From: Flavobacteriales bacterium
Lineage (GTDB): Bacteria; Bacteroidota; Bacteroidia; CAIKAF01
DNA length: 64,000 nucleotides
Reading direction: 5' to 3'
Assembly (NCBI GenBank): GCA_022402535.1
Contig: JAKRSD010000019.1
Location: forward strand, 14,224-78,223
The notes below the pieces were generated by a model. It made no database searches. It worked only from the letters and a program-made list of their open reading frames with translations, and was not told the origin of the DNA. Position 1 is the first letter of the stretch. Each line of letters starts with the position of its first letter. The position numbers and the translations under genes are program-made. Below, one piece after another: positions 50,402-58,604 of this stretch.

Positions 50402-51715
50402 ATGGAAAAGTCAGAAATCATCGTAGGCCTCGACATCGGTACCACTAAAATTGTAGCCCTTGTGGGCCGGTTAAACGAACATGGCAAAGTAGAATTATTG
50501 GGCATGGGAAAAGCGCCCAGTGTAGGAGTACACAGAGGGGTGGTTACCCATATTTCCCAAACCACCGACAGCATTATTCAGGCCATTGCCGAAGCGTCAA
50601 AATCTGCCGGCGTGAATATCAATACCGTGAATGTGGGTATTGCCGGACAACATATAAAAAGCTATCAACACCGTGGCATTCATACCCGGGTAAACAGCGA
50701 AGATGATATTACCCAAAAAGATATCGATGAGCTGGTTTCCAACATGATGAAGCTGGCCATGCCTCCCGGCGAAGAAATTATTCATGCCCTACCCCAGGAA
50801 TATATTGTAGATAACCAGCCGGCTATCGGTAATCCCATCGGTATGATGGGTGCCCGTCTGGAGGCTAATTTTCATGTTATATCGGGACAGATGTCTGCGG
50901 CAAAAAATATTATACGTTGCGTGAACCGTGCGGGTCTCGAAGTGTCTGAGTTGATTCTGGAGCCCTTGGCTTCCAGTGAAGCGGTGCTTCATAACGAAGA
51001 AAAAGAAGCGGGTGTGGCCCTGGTGGATATAGGCGGCGGTACCACCGATCTGGCTATTTTTCATGAAGGAATCATTCGTCATACGGCGGTAATTCCACTG
51101 GGCGGTAACATTATTACGGAGGATATTAAAACCGGTCTGAACATTATTAAAAATTATGCGGAAGCCTTAAAAATTAAACATGGCTCGGCGTTGGTGTTGG
51201 ATAATATGGAGAATAAAATCATAACCATACCGGGCATTCATGGCCGTCCGGCCAAGGAAATCCAAATGAAAAACCTGGCAGGAATCATTCAGGCACGTAT
51301 GTCCGAAATTTTTGAATTTGTGGATTATGAAATTAAAAATTCAGGATTCAAGCATAAGCTGAGTGCCGGTATCGTGCTCACGGGTGGGGGTTCTTTATTG
51401 AAACATAGCCGTCAGTTAACGGAGTTTGTAACCGGGTTAGACGCGCGCATCGGTTTGCCCAACAGCCATTTGGCCGGAAGCCTCGCCGACAAAGTGGCCA
51501 ATCCGATTTATTCTACGGGTATCGGTTTGGTGATGATGGGGTTCGATAAATTCAAACACGAAGAACCTGCGGATGAAAATAAAGAACATAACAAAGACGC
51601 GAAAAAGAAAAGCCGCATCAAAGGCCCAAGCAAAATGGCGTTTGGCGATTATTTCTCCCGCTTAATAAAAACAGGCGTTGAGTTTTTTAATGAAGATGAA
51701 AGCGAACTGAAATAA
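50402..51715 (+). CDS. ftsA: Cell division protein FtsA
   Basis: LDIGTTK, DIGGGTTD, LTGGG. Confidence 0.97.
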   Translation: MEKSEIIVGLDIGTTKIVALVGRLNEHGKVELLGMGKAPSVGVHRGVVTHISQTTDSIIQAIAEASKSAGVNINTVNVGIAGQHIKSYQHRGIHTRVNSEDDITQKDIDELVSNMMKLAMPPGEEIIHALPQEYIVDNQPAIGNPIGMMGARLEANFHVISGQMSAAKNIIRCVNRAGLEVSELILEPLASSEAVLHNEEKEAGVALVDIGGGTTDLAIFHEGIIRHTAVIPLGGNIITEDIKTGLNIIKNYAEALKIKHGSALVLDNMENKIITIPGIHGRPAKEIQMKNLAGIIQARMSEIFEFVDYEIKNSGFKHKLSAGIVLTGGGSLLKHSRQLTEFVTGLDARIGLPNSHLAGSLADKVANPIYSTGIGLVMMGFDKFKHEEPADENKEHNKDAKKKSRIKGPSKMAFGDYFSRLIKTGVEFFNEDESELK

Positions 51716-51885
51716 ACAATTGTTTAAAAAGCTGTTCATAACAACAAAAATTCACACACCCCACACGGATATTAACTTTCCGCTATGAATAACTTTTGTA
51801 TATAACATAAAGTAGCGTGTAAAATATCTTGATTTTTGAAGTGTTCTTTTTAATATCAATTTGTTAATCTAAAATTACCCCCTAT

Positions 51886-53520
51886 ATGGAAAACACAACA
51901 TTCGGAAACTTAATGAATTTTGAGCTTCCTAAAGATAAAGGTTCCATTATCAAAGTGGTTGGTGTAGGCGGTGGCGGAAGCAACGCCGTGAATCACATGT
52001 TTAACCTGGGAATCCGCGAAGTGGATTTTGTGGTTTGTAATACCGATGAACAGGCTTTGATGGCCAGTCCGATTCCCATTAAAATACAATTGGGTGCCGA
52101 TCTTACCGAAGGCCGCGGAGCCGGCTCTATTCCTGAAGTGGGAAAAAATGCCGCCATTGAAAATTTGGAAGATGTGCGCACGGTGTTTTCTGAAAGCACC
52201 AAAATGATTTTCATCACCGCCGGAATGGGCGGAGGAACGGGAACAGGCGCTGCGCCGGTGATTGCCCAGGCTGCCCGCGAAATGGGCATCCTCACCGTGG
52301 GAATCGTTACCATGCCTTTTGCTTTTGAAGGTCGCAAGCGGAGAGATCAGGCCGAAAAAGGATTGAATGATTTACGTAAACATGTAGATACACTTCTGGT
52401 TATATCCAACGAAAAATTACGCGAAATTCATGGTAATCTCACCATGAGTGCCGCCTTTGCCAAAGCCGATGATGTATTGTCGGTAGCGGCCAAATCCATT
52501 GCCGAAATTATTACTGTTCCCGGTTTGGTGAACGTGGATTTTGCGGATGTGCGCACCGTAATGACCGACGGAGGAAATGCCATCATGGGATCTGCCGAAG
52601 CTTCGGGCGAGGGTAGAGCCATGCGTGCCGTTGAAAATGCCATGTCTTCTCCGTTGTTAAATGACAACTGCATCGTAGGTGCCCGTCACGTACTGTTATA
52701 TATTTCTTACGGCGATAAAGAAATGGGTATGGACGAAATGTCTGAAATTACCGATTTCGTGCAGGAAGAAGCCGGACAAACCGCTGAAATTATCTGGGGA
52801 ACCGGATTCGATTCTTCACTGGGCGATAATTTACGGGTAACCGTAATTGCCACCGGATTTACCTCTAATGAAAACACGGTGCAGGCGGTTGATAATAAAC
52901 TGTCTAAAGTGGTGTTGGATGTGGAAACCCCTGCGGTGGCTGAGATTACACCCGAGGTGACGCCTGTGGCTTCAACTAATGAGATTGTTTTTGAGGAGCG
53001 CACCGTGGAAGGACCGTTGGCCAATAATGCCATAGAAAACACTTTTGTTCCCGAAAACAAAACCGAAGTAGAATACCTGAATCTTACGGTTGAGGATCTG
53101 AATAATTCCGGAGCGGATGCATTGCCGGCGTTGGATTTATTCCAGCCCGAAAAAGGAGCTGAAGACATATTCACCCCGATTTCGGAGAATACCCCGGTTA
53201 ACGAAGATATTTTTACTCCGGTAACCGATAAGGTGCCGCTGGCTTCTTTTGATAACAAACCGGTTCCCGAGCCCGAAAAAACAAAAGAAGATTTATACCG
53301 TCAGAATGAGCGTATGCTCAGATTGAAAGAAATCAGCCACCGGCTTAAAAGTCCTTCCGGTTTGAAAGATCTGGAATCGGAGCCTGCATATATGCGCCGC
53401 AATATCAAATTGGAAGAAAACACCGATAACCACGCCATTTCGGGTTCTTCGGTTTCGTTTGAAGACGGCGAAGTAAAAATTGTAAAAGAGAACCGTTTCC
53501 TGCATGGAAACGTAGATTAA
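51886..53520 (+). CDS. ftsZ: Cell division protein FtsZ (long acidic linker)
   Basis: GVGGGGSNAV, GGGTGTG, NVDFADV, EPAY.RR, C-terminal FLHGNVD. Confidence 0.98.
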   Translation: MENTTFGNLMNFELPKDKGSIIKVVGVGGGGSNAVNHMFNLGIREVDFVVCNTDEQALMASPIPIKIQLGADLTEGRGAGSIPEVGKNAAIENLEDVRTVFSESTKMIFITAGMGGGTGTGAAPVIAQAAREMGILTVGIVTMPFAFEGRKRRDQAEKGLNDLRKHVDTLLVISNEKLREIHGNLTMSAAFAKADDVLSVAAKSIAEIITVPGLVNVDFADVRTVMTDGGNAIMGSAEASGEGRAMRAVENAMSSPLLNDNCIVGARHVLLYISYGDKEMGMDEMSEITDFVQEEAGQTAEIIWGTGFDSSLGDNLRVTVIATGFTSNENTVQAVDNKLSKVVLDVETPAVAEITPEVTPVASTNEIVFEERTVEGPLANNAIENTFVPENKTEVEYLNLTVEDLNNSGADALPALDLFQPEKGAEDIFTPISENTPVNEDIFTPVTDKVPLASFDNKPVPEPEKTKEDLYRQNERMLRLKEISHRLKSPSGLKDLESEPAYMRRNIKLEENTDNHAISGSSVSFEDGEVKIVKENRFLHGNVD

Positions 53521-53550
53521 TACGGTTTAGATTAACAACAAACAGAGAAC

Positions 53551-53590
53551 ATACAGGCGCCCCGCTCATACCGGGGCGTTTTGTATTTTT
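53551..53590 (+). terminator. ftsZ terminator
   Basis: ATACAGGCGCCCCG-loop-CGGGGCGTTTTGTATTTTT. Confidence 0.8.
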
Positions 53591-53594
53591 AGCC

Positions 53595-53732
53595 TTTTTT
53601 GCGCAGCGGCGGCATTTTTGCTGACTTTTTTTGCTGCAGAAAAAAGTCAGAGCCCGCCCGGCTTGAGGGCGACGAATCAGCGTGAGAGTGGAAGTGAGAG
53701 TGAGAACGAGAGTGAAAATGCAGGAATTGCTT
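53595..53732. repeat. Structured intergenic repeat, short copy
   Basis: Hairpin CTGACTTTTTT/AAAAAAGTCAG, then AGCCCGCCCGGCTTGAGGGC, GAATCAGCGTGAGAGTG and GAGAGT hexamers; homologous to modules in 57967-58424. Confidence 0.85.
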
Positions 53733-53833
53733 ATGTAAAAAGCCGCTTCCTGCATGGAAAAGTAGTTTATATACTACAAACCGAAAACAAACCGCCGCCC
53801 TGTATATTGCGGGGCGTTTTGTATTTTTGCGCC
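53733..53833 (+). repeat. Diverged direct duplication of the ftsZ 3' end and terminator (copy 1 at 53481-53594)
   Basis: TTCCTGCATGGAAA (14/14) and CGGGGCGTTTTGTATTTTT (19/19) are shared; translates VKSRFLHGKV versus VKENRFLHGNVD. Confidence 0.9.
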
Positions 53834-54019
53834 ATGAGTGATTTTAGTTCCGGATATCGCCCGCCTTTAGAGAAAGAAGACTTCTACTACTCGCCCGAGG
53901 GGTATATCATCTTTACGGAAAAATACCACCTGAAACGCGGCTATTGCTGCAAAAGCGGCTGCAAACACTGCCCCTACGGATACAACAAAAAAACGGGAAG
54001 AATAGAAGGGAAAAAGTAG
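53834..54019 (+). CDS. Small Cys-rich protein, DUF5522-like
   Basis: DFYY..EG..IFT..YHLKRGYCC.SGC.HCPY, 61 aa; the upstream part of the tracked ORF is repeat-derived. Confidence 0.85.
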   Translation: MSDFSSGYRPPLEKEDFYYSPEGYIIFTEKYHLKRGYCCKSGCKHCPYGYNKKTGRIEGKK

Positions 54020-54068
54020 GGGTAAAGATTTTTGAATATATTTATCCTTTACATTAACCCGCTTTTCT

Positions 54069-56102
54069 ATGTATTTGATTCAGAAATTAGAAAAAACTGA
54101 TAACATTCAAAATATTGTACATGATTTTCATGAAAACATATATCCAAGTGATTTATTTGATTTTTTTGAGTTTGGTCCGATAAAAAACATCAATATTTTT
54201 ATTGGAGAAAATAATTCAAGAAAAAGTAGACTTATTAGGCAGCTTTTTGCTAATCCCATTTATGTTTCTAAAAATATAATATCTCATGAGAATATCGAAT
54301 TTTTGAAATTCCTTAAACTTATTAAAGAAAATTTAATCGAAAATGTTTCAATTAATAATAATGATAGTAGTACAATTGATTTGGCATTACCTTCAGAAAT
54401 CGAGCCTAAACTGACAGAACTGAAATATTTAATTGGTAATTCTGGCATTAGTGTTTCAAAAAATAGTTTAGATACTTTTATTCAAAATGTAATAAACTTT
54501 ATTTTACCAGATACTGATACACAAAAAGCTGATTTATATGAAAATAAAATATTTAAGCTTTTAAGAGTTATTATTCTTCGTAATGAACTTAATTTGTTAT
54601 CGAAGCGAGTCTCATCAAGATTTAAATTAAATGGAATTCGAATAACATCTGATTTTGAAGTTGTTGATTTTGATAATGTTAAATCAGTGTTAGATCGAAT
54701 CGATTCAGGAAGTAAAATTTCAAGTGATTTAATGAATCCAAATTCTAAGATGTATTTCCCAGTATTTAGGTCATCTCATTCTTTTTTTCATAATGATGTC
54801 AAAATTACTGAAGATATACTTAAGGATACTACGGCAAATAATTTTTTTAAAAATCAAGAAAAAGCAAAACTTAATATATATACAGGTTTTGACTTTAGTG
54901 AAAAAATACTTGTTGCACGAACTGGAAGAAAAGACTCTAGAAATAAATTTAATGATTTCGAAAATTTTGTAAGTAAGCATTTTTTTGGGGGAAAGCCCAT
55001 TGACATTACAAGCACGTATTCTAATAAGAATGAAGAAAAATCTGTCAAAATCTATATAGATGGAGAGGATAAACATGATAGAACCATTAATGAATTAGGC
55101 GATGGGATTCAAGCATTATTGTTAATGCTCTATCCTATTTTCATGGCGGATGAGAATACCTGGTTTTTCATTGAAGAACCTGAGTTACATCTTCATCCTG
55201 GATACCAGAAATTGTTTATTAAAACAATACTCGAAAATGAGAATATATTTAACAAGAACCTAAAATTTTTCATCACTTCTCATTCTAATCATTTTTTAGA
55301 GTCAGCTATAGAGTATAAAAATGACATTTCGATATTTCGTTTGCAAAAAGTCATTAATGCTAATTATTCCAGAATATTACCAATTGCTGAGAATTATACG
55401 GATGTGTTGCGTTCAATCGGAGTGAATAATCTTTCCGTAGTTATGGCAAATTGCTCTATTTGGGTTGAAGGAAATAGCGACAGACTGATTATTCAGAAAT
55501 TTCTTGAAGTGTATTTAAATGAAGTATTGCAAAAGCGTTTTATAATTGGTTTACACTATACTTTTTTTGAGTATGGTGGTTCATTACTAGGCCATTATTT
55601 ATTTGATGAAACCAAAAATGAAGAAAATGAAAAAATCAAGGCAATGTTCCTTTCCAATAGAATATTTTTGCTTGCAGATTATGATAAAAAAAGACAATCT
55701 AAGCATAGTATTTATCAGTTAGTTTCTCAGAATAATAAAGAATTTAAATATCAAACAACTATTGGAGTTGAGATTGAAAATATCATACCTGCAAGTATTC
55801 TTTTAAAGTTTTCAGAAGAAGTTTTAAAAGCTGAGATTAAAGATTCAAATGCATTTATAAGTTATATCAAAAAAAATAATACTCATAAAAGAGTCGGTTC
55901 AATATTGAAAGAAGTACTACCAAATGTTAGATTGAAATTTTGTGCTGAAAATGGCACTTTAACTAATGATTACAAAAGAAAATTGTCAGAGTTTATTTCT
56001 AAGCAGCAGAAACTGGATTGGAACGCAATCAAAGAAAATAAATTTGCTAAAGAAATAATTGAAAAGATGGGAAGTTTTATAGAATCTAATAATCCTTCTT
56101 AA
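54069..56102 (+). CDS. OLD-family-like ABC ATPase + TOPRIM nuclease (AT-rich, likely horizontally acquired)
   Basis: FIGENNSRKS, LGDG, FFIEEPELHLHP, ITSHS; TOPRIM WVEG.SD and D.D (LADYD). Confidence 0.82.
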   Translation: MYLIQKLEKTDNIQNIVHDFHENIYPSDLFDFFEFGPIKNINIFIGENNSRKSRLIRQLFANPIYVSKNIISHENIEFLKFLKLIKENLIENVSINNNDSSTIDLALPSEIEPKLTELKYLIGNSGISVSKNSLDTFIQNVINFILPDTDTQKADLYENKIFKLLRVIILRNELNLLSKRVSSRFKLNGIRITSDFEVVDFDNVKSVLDRIDSGSKISSDLMNPNSKMYFPVFRSSHSFFHNDVKITEDILKDTTANNFFKNQEKAKLNIYTGFDFSEKILVARTGRKDSRNKFNDFENFVSKHFFGGKPIDITSTYSNKNEEKSVKIYIDGEDKHDRTINELGDGIQALLLMLYPIFMADENTWFFIEEPELHLHPGYQKLFIKTILENENIFNKNLKFFITSHSNHFLESAIEYKNDISIFRLQKVINANYSRILPIAENYTDVLRSIGVNNLSVVMANCSIWVEGNSDRLIIQKFLEVYLNEVLQKRFIIGLHYTFFEYGGSLLGHYLFDETKNEENEKIKAMFLSNRIFLLADYDKKRQSKHSIYQLVSQNNKEFKYQTTIGVEIENIIPASILLKFSEEVLKAEIKDSNAFISYIKKNNTHKRVGSILKEVLPNVRLKFCAENGTLTNDYKRKLSEFISKQQKLDWNAIKENKFAKEIIEKMGSFIESNNPS

Positions 56103-56221
56103 TACACCCTTATGGATTTTCATGCCTATGGTTAGTGTTATCCCCGCATATTCGTTAGATAAAAACATACCCACAAGGTGTAAATCTATCAAATTTATAT
56201 TCATTTCAACCGTTTAAGGAT

Positions 56222-57790
56222 TCAATATACCCTTCTGAATTTCCCCTGCGAAAAAATATAGCTTCTGTCGTCAATTTCAATTTTTCCGCCTTCTTCTATC
56301 TTGTGCAGGTCGGTTATATCCGAATACGGCGTATGCACCGTAGCTTTCAGTTGCCGGGCCAGGGTAAGCAGATCGGTGTTTAATCCGCCTTGCGAAGAGC
56401 AGAGAATAACCGATACGGGTTTGGTTACCTGTGCGGCCAATCGCGCATCCCGGGGAAAAGCATAGTTATCCGCAATCCAAATCAGCCGCTCGGCAAACGG
56501 AAAAATCTTTTCCGCCTCCAACAGGGCTTCCATATCATTTTCGGGCAAATCGCCACCAAAACCGTTTCGCATGGCCCGCAGCATTTCTTTTTCCACTACG
56601 TCGGAGTTGGACGAAGGCACAAGGTAAATGCCGCCCGTGTTGCCCACCTGTTTGCGGGCATCGGGTTGGGTGTCTCCATCGTTGAAAAACGTAAAATATT
56701 TAATGCGGCTCTGATTGCTTCTGAACCATCCCATCAAATCGCTCAGGTATGGGCCCATACTGCCCGTAACATCACACACCACCGAAAGGTTTTTCCACTG
56801 CGGATTCCGGATAAATACATCGCTCACCACGGTGCTGCGTTCGGTGTTATATTTTTCGGGCGAATACCCCTCCGGAACAATCAGAATCAACTCGCAGGAG
56901 CTTTCTGCCCCGGGCGGAAAAATCCCGTTGCTGATAAACCAGAACGAAAGGGTTACATAAGCGTTTACATTGCCGGCTTTGCTTTTGGCGGGTGTCCACC
57001 GGGGCATGCTTTTGAGGTAATTTTTAACGGCCTCATCGCAGCCGAATCCCAACCCGTTGGTAATGCGTATATCCTGCACGCCGCCTGCACGGTTCACGGT
57101 AATCTGGGCTTCCACCCGCCCCGAAATTTTTCTTTTCAGCGCTTCTTCCGGATAGGTGATATGGGCAGCCGCATCTTCGGGCAGTTCGCAGCGGTCTTTA
57201 CCAAATTCAGGGCCTTTGTCGTAGTACCTCACCGGGTCTGCATCGTAGGGCGTAGGTGTGGTTCTTTCTTTGAATTTTGAATCGGTAACGGTGCTTCCTT
57301 TTTTGCGTTCTTCCAGGTCTTTCATTAGGGTCGTAATTTCCGTTTCCCGCTCGGTTTTGCTCAGGTTTCCCGGTCGGGTTTTGAGAATAAATCCGTGGAA
57401 ATAGGTTTTCCCTTCCGCATAATCTTCCGCTCCGGTCTGTTCGGTAATTATCCATTCCACCCCGCCTGAATTAAATGCAAACGGAATCCTGTTTTTTAAT
57501 TGCTGAAGCCGCTGCAGATTCAGTTTTTTCTGGTTGAAGGCATCCGATCTTCGGTAGCGGGTATAGACCAATTCCACGGAAATGATTTCTTCATTTTTTC
57601 CGGGTTGGGCAGATTGGAATTGTAGGGCGGCATTGCCGTACAGAGCCGGCAGCATATAGGTGTATGGCGGCAGATTTTCGGTGTTTACCTGTTTTACCGT
57701 TTGCATTTTGTAATCCACAATGTCTTCGGGGCGGGTTTGGCCCATGGCCGTTAAGCCTATAAAAAGCAGGGGGAATAAGTATTTCATCAT
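56222..57790 (-). CDS. Secreted protein: unknown N-domain + TonB C-terminal domain + VWA-like domain
   Basis: Signal peptide; YP..A....ISGRV...ITV...G, GLG.GCD.A, W.PA; then VCDVTGSM, FNDGD, PEND.EA, IAD. Confidence 0.8.
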   Translation of the reverse strand: MMKYLFPLLFIGLTAMGQTRPEDIVDYKMQTVKQVNTENLPPYTYMLPALYGNAALQFQSAQPGKNEEIISVELVYTRYRRSDAFNQKKLNLQRLQQLKNRIPFAFNSGGVEWIITEQTGAEDYAEGKTYFHGFILKTRPGNLSKTERETEITTLMKDLEERKKGSTVTDSKFKERTTPTPYDADPVRYYDKGPEFGKDRCELPEDAAAHITYPEEALKRKISGRVEAQITVNRAGGVQDIRITNGLGFGCDEAVKNYLKSMPRWTPAKSKAGNVNAYVTLSFWFISNGIFPPGAESSCELILIVPEGYSPEKYNTERSTVVSDVFIRNPQWKNLSVVCDVTGSMGPYLSDLMGWFRSNQSRIKYFTFFNDGDTQPDARKQVGNTGGIYLVPSSNSDVVEKEMLRAMRNGFGGDLPENDMEALLEAEKIFPFAERLIWIADNYAFPRDARLAAQVTKPVSVILCSSQGGLNTDLLTLARQLKATVHTPYSDITDLHKIEEGGKIEIDDRSYIFSQGKFRRVY

Positions 57791-57800
57791 ACTGCGGAGT

Positions 57801-57894
57801 GTTTTCAAATGTAAGTTAATTTCATGCGTTTTGGTCTCGATTTAACGAAAAATAGGGATTAGGATATTGTTTTCCGGCTGTCATGATTTTAACC
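57801..57894. repeat. Left copy of the duplicated divergent-promoter segment (right copy at 58522-58621)
   Basis: 57820-57857 versus 58543-58580 identical at 36/38; the flanks align with more divergence. Confidence 0.9.
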
Positions 57895-57966
57895 CCTTCT
57901 GTCCGGGCTTGTCGCACCACCCTATTTATTGTATAACATACAGAGAAATCAGTAGTGAATCTTTTG

Positions 57967-58424
57967 TCTGCTCGCCGCAGGGCAACGAATCAGAGTGAGA
58001 ACGAGAGTGAGAATGAAAAAGGAGTAATTGTTTTTTTTTCTGCTCGCCGCAAGGCAACGAATCAGCGTGAGAGTGGGGAGCGAAAGCGGGGAATAATTTT
58101 ACCCAAACATATACGGAAATATTACCGTCCGGATAAGAAAGCCCTGCTTTCGGCAGCGTAGGAAGAAAAAGGCGTTAAGAAACGGCGAAGCCTTGGAGGC
58201 GTTTTAGCCTTTTTCTTCCGGTGCTCTGCAACGCCTCCGGAAGCAGTGCCTTTTCTTTGTTTACTTTCTTTGGGCAGTTCAAAGAAAGTAAAAGCCTGCC
58301 CGGCTTGAGGGCAACACTAGATTGAGAGTGAGAAAGAGAGAGAAAATGCAATAATCGTTTCTTTTTTCTGCTCGCCGCAGGGCGATGAATCAGCGTGAGA
58401 GTGGGGAGCGAAAGTGGAGTGAAT
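57967..58424. repeat. Structured modular repeat cluster (candidate non-autonomous mobile element)
   Basis: TCTGCTCGCCGCA(G/A)GGC..GAATCAG at 57967, 58039 and 58367; 13-bp perfect IR 58161-58173/58207-58219; hairpin 58260-58292; GAGAGT tails. Confidence 0.85.
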
Positions 58425-58604
58425 TTCAAGTTTTCTGCTATATGACGCAGGCTCCTGGTGCCCTTAATTGTCTTTACTTTTATTGTAACCGCCTTTGAGT
58501 ACAAAATTACTTAGAACTTTAGTATTTAAATTTACGCTTAGCTTTCATGCGTTTTGGCCCCGATTTAACGAAAAATAGGGTTTGATACATTCCGAAATCC
58601 GGGC

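Noticed and set aside
38003-53520. murF, ddl and murB missing from the dcw cluster
   Set aside because: This is the normal Bacteroidota arrangement.
53618-53833. N-terminal extension of the 133-aa tracked ORF; also ORFs 57955-58161, 58175-58504 and 53405-53755
   Set aside because: These are translations of the non-coding repeat and duplication (ESESENES and LTLTLT patterns).
54069-56102. Complete Gabija, Septu, PARIS or retron system
   Set aside because: No partner helicase, HNH, separate nuclease, RT or msr-msd is adjacent.
57967-58424. CRISPR array (about 34-nt repeats, first two 72 bp apart)
   Set aside because: Spacing is irregular (72, then 328), the would-be spacers resemble each other (GAGAGT tails), the repeats are degenerate and no cas genes are present.
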